The notes beneath the pieces are model-generated. The model was given only the letters and a program-made list of their open reading frames with translations. It did not search any database and was not told where the DNA came from. Made by a program: the position numbers and the translations under genes. A DNA stretch of 64,000 nt, from NCBI RefSeq assembly GCF_964355755.1, contig NC_092674.1, positions 22,878,001 through 22,942,000 of the forward strand. Reading direction: 5' to 3'. The stretch comes from Antedon mediterranea (taxonomy: Eukaryota > Animalia > Echinodermata). Positions 37,001 through 45,800 of the stretch are shown one piece after another. How positions within the stretch are numbered: position 1 is the stretch's first letter; each line of letters begins with the position of its first letter.

Positions 37001-38691
37001 TCTAACAATGCGTTATTTTGCTGACGGGGTTTCCCCTTTTTAAAATGGCCAGGTAAAGATGACGTCTATTACTAATAACCATACTTTTAAAACGTCTATA
37101 GGCCTCCTGCACGTGTTTTTGTGAAACGATGTATATAATTTACGTATACTGTACGTCGATACTATAGATTTTAATTTGAAAAATATCTTTTATTTCTTTA
37201 TTTACAATAACCATTTAATGTAAATAATTAAGTAAGTAGTCTCACATAACATCCATACGACGTTCGTAAATCTAAATGTTTAAATATCAGTACCTCTTTG
37301 AGAATCGTGTCCACCTTTATTATCCATACATTATTCTCACATCTATCATTGTACATCATAGACATACTGTAGGGCTGGTAGATTGATTTATAACGGAATA
37401 TTATCTATATATTTTATTATTATCCTAAACCATGCTCACGTCAGAGTGGCGGATATCGAATGCAAAAATCATCATCATGCATCAAATTCCTTTATTGCAT
37501 AAACCTCATTGAGCTGGTATCCACTTGCAGGTATAGAACGAGTTTCGTAATTAACTGTGATTAAAAAATACGCAATAGGCGCGTCTACTTGTTTAACTAT
37601 TAAATTATTATTTATTTTCAAAACCTTAAACAACGGCATGCTAAAAGAACACATTACAATTCATTAAAACCTGTAAGATAAAATGGAAACACAAATTATT
37701 TATAAATAATGAGATAAATATTAATATTTACTGTACTTAAAAAATAACGATCGAGGTTTAAAAAAATGTCAAACACTATTAAACAGTATTATTAGAAATT
37801 CCAATATTCACAATTAACTAAAAACATAATGACCGTTTTCATTAAAAATGTATCTAATGCGCCATATACAAATTAGCGCGACCAAAATAAAACGCGACCG
37901 ATATCAAACGTAACTAATAGGATAAAAAGCGTATCTAGCGGCGCTCCATACAAAATACCGGATGTTTATTTTATCGCGACCGATTTCAAGCGCGACCGAT
38001 TTCATCTGACACCATTTACACACGTCTATTCAGGCGATAGGCACATGTATACACCCTTTTTGACAAGTAAGTAACAATACGTTAACAATATTGACGATTC
38101 TGGCGGCCGAAATGAACAATACATATTTTGTCTTTTTTGGCGTTTCATGATTTTGGGCGTTCCATAACCGGCGGCCGAAATGACTGGCGGCCGAAATGAT
38201 CAGACACCAAATGAAGTAATACTAATAAATTAAATATAAAATTACGTTTTTTTAGTAATTTATTATATATATTATATCAACATTGTCAATATCAATAAAA
38301 TACGGATTGTTATTAAACACCTTGGCGCCACACCTTTAAAAACTTGATAAATACCAACAAAAATGAATATGAATTTGGTCTAAAGTGAGACGTTTCGGCG
38401 GGCCGAAACGTCCCACTAAAAGTGGGCCGAATAGTCCCCCGGGCCGAATCGTCTCAGGGCCGAATCGTTTGTTTGTCCACGCTTGGGGTTTTCCCCAGCC
38501 AGCAGAGTTCATGAGCAGTAGCCGGCCTTTCCGATATCTGCCTAGCTAGCTAGGCTAGGCCTAGCTAGCTATTATTATGGATATAATGATGATCCTAGGA
38601 CAGGCCTAATATTATGTATTTACTTCCTGCTAGAAAGTAAAAGATGTTACTGTACTTACACCTTATTCGGCAAACCTGAGGCTGATGCCAT
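12761..38691 (-). CDS. Kinase-less Roco protein: ankyrin repeats - Roc GTPase - COR - three death domains (~1191 aa, 22 exons)
   Basis: Exons 38691-38660, 32538-32448, 31984-31874, 31382-31281, 30904-30791, 30158-30056, 29212-29053, 27884-27781, 27547-27326, 26960-26785, 26096-26007, 20705-20541, 19819-19574, 19176-18991, 18376-18212, 18076-17795, 17516-17436, 16601-16391, 15541-15503, 15243-14947, 14469-14155, 13044-12761. All are GT-AG with compatible phases and total 3576 nt, open to TAA. Diagnostic motifs: TPLHL (ANK), IPAEILARGPEAL, GLERVGKT, DFGGQ, GTHLN, PIKWL, YLHDIGEILY. Confidence 0.88.
13468..13980 (+). repeat. Dispersed ~500-bp repeat family, possibly Helentron/HINE-like
   Basis: Starts AAACAAGAAATATTTCTTACAAAAAACGC and ends GGCTAGAGCAGCAGCGTGAAAA. 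Related copies at 53008-53485 (+) and 9620-10003 (-, shared ends), with fragments at 4310-4480 and 2826-3200. No TIRs seen. Confidence 0.6.
14155..14469 (-). CDS. Death domain 2 (Roco exon 21)
   Basis: ICENLGSGWRRLALRLG...DLNDIE...MMNALDSW...MIIAL...LA; 315-nt phase 1-1 exon. Confidence 0.85.
14947..15243 (-). CDS. Death domain 1 (Roco exon 20)
   Basis: VSEEIGHCWKILGVRLG...TEYMLKQW...VLCNALKQHGLKDLA; 297-nt phase 1-1 exon. Confidence 0.85.
16391..19176 (-). CDS. Roco gene exons 14-18: COR domain and Cys/His-containing C-terminal extension
   Basis: LLEYLHDIGEILYY...LVVLD...DMFKTII, LMQKFGLV, FYVLSRL, YLPDDFF and IPCVC...H...C motifs are typical of the COR-A/COR-B regions. Confidence 0.85.
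16890..17005 (+). mobile_element. Degenerate partial copy of the Deu/Nin-core SINE
   Basis: tggtggtagaacgagtcttctcggataagaactataaac...cacagccactg. Confidence 0.65.
19372..19496. mobile_element. PIF/Harbinger-like MITE, same family as 48289-48439
   Basis: Same TIRs; TTA TSD. Confidence 0.8.
19574..29212 (-). CDS. Roco gene exons 7-13: Roc GTPase domain and start of COR
   Basis: G1 GLERVGKT, G2 region FNQEEEITDA, G3 DFGGQPMYHVIHRIF, FIHFWIRSV, G4 GTHLN, FAIEN, then the COR start PMPIKWL. Confidence 0.88.
20780..21120 (+). mobile_element. Possible 3' fragment of an L1/Tx1-like LINE ORF2
   Basis: WEKILLG...NEIFSILTFCVYKNK...F...L...I..E...KMW resembles the C-terminal tail of Tx1/L1 ORF2; pattern similarity only. 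Confidence 0.35.
21400..22362 (-). mobile_element. 5'-truncated, decayed CR1/L2-group LINE (RT fragment)
   Basis: CGVPQGTK*GPILFLVLVND...KYVDDLT, TYIRPVLEYACP, QKRALR and SLEARR, interrupted by a stop and frameshifts. Confidence 0.88.
22829..24682 (+). mobile_element. Internally deleted Ty3/Gypsy LTR retrotransposon (non-autonomous, probably Gmr1-like)
   Basis: TG...CA LTRs at 22829-23234 and 24281-24682, differing by 3 substitutions and one 4-bp indel as read by eye. PBS TGGTGGCAGCGGT (complementary to the tRNA-Leu 3' end) at 23235 and purine tract AAAAAGGGG before the 3' LTR. No perfect TSD seen. Confidence 0.92.
23766..24179 (+). CDS. Gag-like N-terminus fused in frame to the Ty3/Gypsy RNase H C-terminus (137 aa)
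   Basis: MTTLRSGK start and a charged coiled coil, followed directly by RLMRWALFLQGYKFKVIYKKGSLNGNADGLSR*. Confidence 0.8.
   Translation: MTTLRSGKNIDKTMSDKDTREDMVDQEEVDQVNEIYDKMARDIDLPEIPGGMPKDMMLEYFRMKFEAENKKLEYQLRLEADIEQRKIESQERVKMMDSMKGANVRLMRWALFLQGYKFKVIYKKGSLNGNADGLSRA
28193..28265 (+). tRNA. tRNA-like cloverleaf with anticodon ATT (Asn); probable pseudogene or SINE head
   Basis: Acceptor GCCCCAA/TTGGGGT, D arm GTCT/AGAC, anticodon stem TCTGC/GCAGA with loop ATATTAA, T arm CCGGG-TTCAAAT-CTTGG. 73 nt, followed by TTTTT. Confidence 0.5.
29586..29966 (+). repeat. Local direct duplication of ~115 bp with a ~155-bp spacer
   Basis: TTTTTATGTCGCACCAAGCAAC...GCAAAGACTAC at 29586-29701 and 29856-29966. 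Confidence 0.8.
30056..32538 (-). CDS. Roco gene exons 2-6: ankyrin-repeat region
   Basis: Mostly phase-0 exons of 91-114 nt, roughly one repeat each: RTTLHQLARFGYTEALQRTL...VNLKD, RGDTPLHLLL...LLKCGADINIKNN, EGETPTDLY. Confidence 0.85.
32593..33137. mobile_element. Kolobok-like non-autonomous DNA transposon, copy 1
   Basis: TTAA TSD; TIR AGATGTATTGTCCCTT / AAGGGACAATGCATCT. Confidence 0.8.
33737..34755. mobile_element. Non-autonomous DNA element with ~140-bp TIRs and TA flanks
   Basis: TTCGCCGTGGCTAAAGATACG...GACGTCATCGTATAAGGACTTTG (33737-33875) is inverted at 34617-34755. Confidence 0.8.
34949..35497. mobile_element. Kolobok-like non-autonomous DNA transposon, copy 2
   Basis: Highly similar to 32593-33137 along its full length; TTAA TSD. 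Confidence 0.8.
35907..38208. mobile_element. Middle element of the nest (8-bp TSD, long subterminal inverted repeats)
   Basis: Inverted repeats 35921-36093 vs 38022-38194 (CATTTCGGCCGCC units). TSD AAATGAAG at 35899-35906 and 38209-38216. Confidence 0.85.
36279..38013. mobile_element. Inner element of the nest (8-bp TSD)
   Basis: ATCGGTCGCG/CGCGACCGAT and TATTTTGTATGGAGCG inverted motifs. TSD ATTTACAC at 36271-36278 and 38014-38021. Confidence 0.8.
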
Positions 38692-38960
38692 GTTGTTTTT
38701 TTGTTATTTTAAAATACAGGCCTACGCTAGGCCTCGCGCATCAGGTAACGTACGTTGATTGTAGAATCTTCCAGAGAGAGATATAAAATTCCAGAGCCAT
38801 AATGGATCTGAGAAATTCTGTGTGCGCGCGCCCTCTCTTCCCCCATCTTCTCTCTCTCTTGCTAGCTCAGCTCCTCCTCTTCCGTCCCTCTCCCCTCCTC
38901 TCCGCGCGCCGCCGCCACAGCATTGCTGATTATTAGTCGCTCATTGGTCGAAAGTTATAT
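38692..38960 (-). promoter_or_regulatory. Putative 5' UTR and promoter of the Roco gene
   Basis: GC/CpG-rich patch (gcgcgcgccc, ccgcgcgccgccgcc), CT-rich tracts and a CCAAT box (attgg ~38943) upstream of the ATG at 38691. Confidence 0.5.
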
Positions 38961-39049
38961 TATAGTTATTCATTCATTCAATCTTTTATTTCGGAATCTC
39001 ATCAAGAATTGACTCTCACATGTTTCCACAGCCATCACAAAAATTATCG

Positions 39050-39890
39050 GTCATCATTACTATAACTAAGTGCCCAATCACAACGCAACAGTTTATGCTT
39101 CAGGTCAAAGGTTAAAAAATATCGCATTTTATCCAATAACTATCTGATTTGAATGAGATAAGTATCGGTTAATTTTTCCCAAGCTGAATTAGATTGGTTA
39201 ATTATGAAGGACTCAATGACTCACGCTGAAAGAGAAAACAATTCTCTTTTTAAATTAAATTATTTCTTAAGTACACACATGAGATAAGAGTCCATTAGTT
39301 GGACCCTTTTAATGCTTGTTTTAATAACCACAACTTTCGAACAATGAGCGACTAATCAGCAATGATGAATCTGCTGTGGGGCGGCAGTGGAGAGTGAAAG
39401 TAATCAGAGCCATATATGGAAGGGATAAAAGAGGTAGCCTTTCCGAATGTTCAATGTTCCGACCTAGCGCGCTCGCGTTGTCAAAAAGAATGTTTCTTTA
39501 GCAGATATGAGTTAAGACAACATTTTTCATCCTAATAGTGTTGGTTATCTTAGATTTAAGACCAAATTAAGCAAACATTTTTGCTTAGATATATTAATAA
39601 ATCTAACTTAGGCAAAATCAAGAAAGTTAAGATGATTTTTTTGCTAAGCAAGTTTGATAAATCCGGCCCCTGATCTCTAGAAGGATGTGTTTCTTCAGCC
39701 AAAAATTAACCGATAATTAACAGATAAAGTTCCTGTGGAAATGGGATTTAACTGATTCTGAAAAATTGACCGATAATCATCTCATTCAAATCAGATAATT
39801 ATTGGATAAATGCGATCATTTTTAACCTTTGACCTGAAGGACAAATTGTTGCATTGTGATTGGGCACTTGGTTGTTTGGTAATGACTGAT
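39050..39890. mobile_element. TIR element with ~110-130-bp inverted arms just upstream of the Roco promoter
   Basis: GTGCCCAATCACAA...CAGGTCAAAGGTTAAAAA...TCTGATTTGAATGAGAT (39070-39178) is inverted at 39760-39870. Confidence 0.7.
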
Positions 39891-40661
39891 CAGGCACACT
39901 TATTATCTGATTGGTTACATACATGTACTTAAATTGTTTATGTAAAAACTGCACTAGAAAGCTATTGTTCACATGAATAAGGTTCTGCAAGCATTTATTT
40001 AGTATGCATACAACTTTAAATTACACGTAAGTTCTTAAATTCAATGACATTAAAAAAGTTGGTGGTATAATAACATTTTGGAATGAATAATTAACATATT
40101 TTCTATCTAGGCTATTAAGGCACTGATATATACAGTATTTCATTCATACTACACCATACTCGGGCAAAGAAACACCAGGGCATTTACACCAAATTGGTGA
40201 AGAAGGACAAATGGTTAAACAGTTTAGGAAGTGGCAACATCAACATGTTTTTCACAGCTGAAGACTCTATGGTGGTCTTTTTGGATTAGGAACATAAACT
40301 ATAGCTCCAATGCACACGAGGTACCCGTTGTGGGTAGATGTGAGAGCGAAAGTGAATAATTATTGCTGTTATTCAAAAAGGGGTACTTATGGAGAACATA
40401 AGAACAATAGTCATAAACCTAGCGTAAATAGCGATGGGAATTTATTCTTACAAGTACGGTTACGGTACATATCAATACTGCAATCAAAGAAGCAAATATG
40501 TATCACCAATAATCATTAAAAATCCAACAATGGAAAAAACTTTAGTACATTTTTTTAATAAATAGTCTACAACTTAGGCAGATTCACAACATTCCCGAAA
40601 AAAAAATGTTCCGTAAAGTATGCATTGGTACTCAGATTTGGTGTGAATCTACTGTACCTAA

Positions 40662-41009
40662 AGGCCCATTTATACTAGGATGATACATTCGACGATAGTA
40701 GATAAATATGTATTTTTTACTACTAAAATCATTCTAGAACTAAGGGTAACCATTTATGCTGCCTTTAATGAAATGAAAAAAAACAATCAAATGACATAAA
40801 ACTTTCGTAAGATAATAATATCGTTTTGATACAACAGTTTTGTTCTTATTGATCATGACGTCATTTGATTGGATTTTTAAAAATATTACCTGATAAATGG
40901 TTACCCTAAAGTAGATAGAATGAAACTTTTCTAGTATCGTCTGTTTTATGAAAAGAAAAATGTATTTTTATCTATTTATTTTCGTTTGTAGTACAGTATA
41001 AACAAGCCT
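40662..41009. mobile_element. Degenerate Harbinger-like MITE
   Basis: AGGCCCATTTATACT / AGTATAAACAAGCCT ends, TWA flanks and internal inverted symmetry. Confidence 0.55.
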
Positions 41010-41021
41010 TTAATTTGAAAG

Positions 41022-41232
41022 AAGCGCGTTTCATTATGGGATAAGTTTTGATCGAAAACTTTGACTGGAAGCCAAAGTTATTTTTTTAACAAAAAAAACA
41101 TCTGTATTTAAGTTCAGACAAATTTTGGTGATAGTTAATAACTATTATGATACTTCAAAATGACCCCCCTTTTTTTTTCCCAAAATCTTTTATTTATTTT
41201 TTTTTTTAATTAGTTAAAGGGACAATACATCT
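41022..41232 (-). mobile_element. Partial reverse copy of the same Kolobok-like family
   Basis: Reverse complement of the first ~230 bp, ending GGGACAATACATCT+TTAA. Confidence 0.75.
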
Positions 41233-42840
41233 TTAAAAATATAAGAACCTGCAGTCCTAAACAATAACTATGTTTCCCAAGCCTGACCGACCAAAGTTTG
41301 ATAAAATCAAAAAGTTAATATTTTTAGTCGAAATTGCATGCATGACTACATTTTATATTGCGCCCTCTATTTTTGTTTCTGAAATAATTACCTTTTAAAA
41401 ACATGGTGCCAGAATTAATTCAAATAAAAATAAGTTGTTACTGTTACAGATATGCTAAAAAATTAATTATTGATAAAATAAATCTTGCACTGAAATATTA
41501 AATTAATATTTATAATTGTAGACCTTGCAAAGCAAAACATATATTTTGCGGTAGAATCAAATAAATATTACCTTAAATAAATATGATTTATTAACAAAAT
41601 ATGATCTCCAATTTAAATCACTAACACCAGTTCAAGTCAGGGAATGTAAATTTTACCTTAAAATATTTTACACAACTTAATACAAATTGTTGCTAATCTT
41701 TAAAAACCTTGTATCTCCACAGAACATAATTTCACCCGGATACAAAATCACTTTTCCGTTTGTTTGTATTGTTTTTCTTCCAATTAAATATTTAAAAAAC
41801 AAGTGTTGTTGGTAGTCTATGAGTGTCGCTTACTTGGATAAACCAACATCGACCTATTTCTCTCCGAGAGTGTTACAAACTGACTTGGAGAGAAATAGGC
41901 TAATGTCGCTAGGCAAGAAATTGACATTTCTGCTTTTAAATAAGTATTTTGAATTATTTGTCATTGTTTCTTCATTTCCAGACATAGGAATTAAATCCTA
42001 TTTGTCATTGTTTCTTCATTTCCAGACATAGGAATTAAATCCCGTTTGTGATTTCAAATCTGTTTTGTAACATTCAAAACCTTGTACTGTATGTAGAATG
42101 TAAAACATACATGGTCAGAAAAACCGCACGATGCCTCCAACAACATTTATATAAAATAATAATCAATTTAAGCAAAAAATGGATACAAGGTTTTTAAAGA
42201 ATAGGGATGAAATAACCTCAACTTATTAAAAGAAATCTCATAATAATAAAATTAATTTTAATAATTTAAAAATTAATTATACGTCTTGACTTCTCATTGT
42301 ATTTTTTACAATAATATACAACTATATTTGTCAACTTTGTTCATTAAAAAAATATTCACAAGTTTTTCATTCTAGTTTTTAAAACTAAATTTACTGTACA
42401 CAATCTATTTTTTAAAAAAATGTTAGCAGAGTCCATGCTACTAATAAAACAAAAATTAAATACATAATTTATTACACAATCTCAAATAAAAACTAATTAC
42501 CTGACATTATGTTCATATTTATTTCAATTTTATAGTTTGATTTAATATTAGTTTTTAATTTTTTATAATTTTCTTTATTATTTTCTATACTAATATTCAT
42601 GTAACTATCCCTTTCTTTATAAAACAATTTCTCGTTTAATGATACACATAATTATTTTCCTACGATACTAGTCTTACTGTAGATTAAAATATTTTTCTCT
42701 AACTAGAGGGCAGTAGACATATGTATAATCGTTGTTCATATTCTTAAATACTAAACGGTGCAAACAAACTCCGATATCTATCTGAGTAATTTTAGTGTCC
42801 TCTAAACGTTGCTTCATCTATCAGCTCTGTTAATTTACCA

Positions 42841-45800
42841 TCACTTGCGTTCGTTATGATTCATTCCAATTTCTATATCGTTCAACAACGCTATCGTCTC
42901 TGTGCTTACCTGGCTATCCTCGTGATCTGATATATGATTCATTGATTCCATACTAGCTGCGTGACTGCTACCTTTATTTGTTGACGGCAAGTCTGACAGA
43001 GTAATATCCAAATCTTTAAAAGCGTGGAGTAGAAAAATAGCTGCTATAATAGTACAAAATCCGGCTAACGTTCCAGTTATGTCCGAGAAAGCCATTGTAA
43101 CCCATTCCTCGTACAAAATCACTGAAGCTATTAATACAGTTGTCGTAAAAAACACATAATAAATAGGGGTCACAACAGATGTGTTAAATATATCCAACGC
43201 CTTGTTCAAGTAGTGCATTTGTATCGTGATAAAAAATACTAAGCAAAATATAAGGCTCCAAAATAATGGGTCTAGAAAAACGTTAACGCCTTTAAACAGC
43301 TCTTTGAAGCCAATACCGAGTCCTTTGCAAGCCATCACTGATAACGAGCCAATCATAGAGCAGATTGCGACATAAACGAGTACGTTGCTGTGACCAAAGC
43401 GTGGCGCATAGTAGAAAATGAGGATGATTGATGCGGTGGTTATCAAACAACCAAAAGTAATGAAACCTGTATGGAATGACAAAAACAATACTTGTTAATA
43501 AATAATTATTTAACCAATAAATCTATTACCTCACCTTCTGTGATAAAATTAAAGGAATGTTAAACGTTCCTGTAAACGATCTTGAATTTAAGTTTGATCA
43601 TTCTGTCTTAAAGCTGGTCAAACGTATTATGTCCAATCACAGCCACCCGCTGTTTGCAGAGTACAACCTGCTGCGTTCTGGCTGTCGTTTGCATAGTATC
43701 CTATCAAGAACTACTAGGTATCATAATTTGTTTGTTGTGCAATTGATATACTTGATCAACTTATTTCCATTTTATATATTTTATGTGTTGTGCTTTTTTT
43801 GTGTTTAGTAGTATGTCAAACATCAAATTTCCAATTTTTATTTTTATTATGAATATTGGAGAATAAAAGTTTGTGAATTTGAATTTTTGAATTGAATAAT
43901 GACTATGAAGTAGCTTTGCATCAGAAAGTTGGTGCGATCTTTGCTCTACTCTGAAGCAATTGTACTGTACGAAAATGATGAAGAGAATGATTTTTGCAAC
44001 AGTTTCTACAGAGTAGTTGCTTGTTGCATCATGAAAACGAAAGGCTACCAGTTTGTTTTGACACTCGTACAATTGCAGAAAACCAGGAAGAATGGATTTC
44101 TGTGGCATGGGTCGCTGATTTGTCGGAATTGTGTTTAACCGGGGCTTTCCCATAACTAGGCGAAAGCAAAGCAAAGCTGGCCACACTCGTCATTAAATTT
44201 GTAGTAATAAAGCACCATGAAGTAACCAAGTTCGTAGTTGTTATTTTATTGTATTAAGCTCTACCCATGGTATTGAGCACTTTCTCCAGTTGATCTGGCT
44301 TTCTACTTAGTATATATATATTTTTTGTAACAGGGGGTTTCTACTTATATATGCTATGCTTCCAAAATTCCTCCTTTCCATTCCTTTTTTTTTCTCTTTG
44401 TACTACTATGCTTATTTGTGTATATTTATGAATGTGCATGATGAATGGAATGGAAATAAAGAAAGAAAGAAAAAAATCATGCCAAACGAACTGTAATTTA
44501 GCATAGTGTGATTCTGATTCAGTGACCAACATACCTGGGGATATAAGCCGGGCTGCTAGTTCTTCTAAAGTGTTTGCAGATTCTTCTTTTGGCGCATGTA
44601 ATATCATGACCACAGATCCTATTACACATAGGAAGCAACCAGTCTTACCCAGAATATTTAAAGTTTCATTCAAGAAGTACGAGGACAAGATTGCTCTGAA
44701 AAAGAAAAAAACAATTAATTAGTTAATCATAAGTTTAAATTGTCGTATATTTAATATCTAATATTTTATGTATCTTATTTTTATTTGTATTTAAACAATT
44801 ACTATGAAATATATTATTTTTGTAGTATTTTGTTGCATTACAGAAAGAAATAAAACAATATTATTACTGTATTGTTCGTTTAGTCATTTATTCAATAAAT
44901 ATTCTCCACACATATATTAATAATACATAAAAATAATATTTATATTAACACGTACAATAGTAATTAAAATTATAGTTGTATATATTATGAGGGCGTGTGA
45001 AACATTGTGTTGGACTACCGATTAAAAGATCATGTGTTCAAATCCAACATTCGCGCATTGCTTGTACTGTATGCTTATCAATATGCAGCATTCTAAGCGT
45101 AATGATATCACCCACCACGAACAGTTTTGAGAACGGACACTGGATTGGCCAAAGATCACCCAAATATGGCTAGGGATCGAGGATCATCATTTACTGTAAT
45201 ACCCATTGTTAAAGCTCACAAACTAATATGTTTAAAGTAATACTGTACTACTACTTACGCTACAAGAACACTAAGAGCTCCAAGAGGTGTTACCAAGGTA
45301 GCAGGAGCAAATGCATAAGCAAGGAAATTTAGAAATTCTCCTGCTCCGACTAAAAAAGAAAAAGAATATTAAAATCAAAGGATATAATGTGTCATGTACT
45401 GTGCAATGTAATTTTACAATGTACTGTAATAAAGGGCGTCCACCTTTTTGCTTTTGGAAAATGAAATTAAGTTAAGTAACTAACAAATAATAAAGTTTAG
45501 AAGTTACTGTTAAGGCCAATTTACGAAAACCTGTGTAGCTTGTCCCACATAGAGTACAATCTGTATCTATCCTATTTTTATTACCGTTACAGCTCATCTG
45601 TGTAAATTGGCCTTTAGCGTTTTTTGTCTTATTATTTGTAATTATTATTCTTATTTAAATGTAAATATTATATATGAAGTTGTGTACATATACTTAGAGA
45701 TTTCCATGAATTTCTTTGTGTTTATTTTTATTCTATACCAAAAAATTGTCATACAATTGAACAAGCTTTCTTTATGTAATAACGATTTTATAAAGATTTT

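Larger units (their letters stand above)
35598..38467. mobile_element. Outer element of a three-level nest (MULE-like, subterminal GACGATTCGGCC repeats)
   Basis: Tandem GACGATTCGGCC units at 35609-35682 and inverted GGCCGAATCGTC units at ~38400-38467. Candidate TSD TTTGTTTG (35590-35597, 38468-38475). Confidence 0.65.

Noticed and set aside
12761-38691. Calling the Roco gene DAPK1 or LRRK2
   Set aside because: No kinase exons were seen. The ATG exon has its own promoter-like region and NIPA2 ends ~4 kb upstream. There is no LRR or WD40, and there are three DDs.
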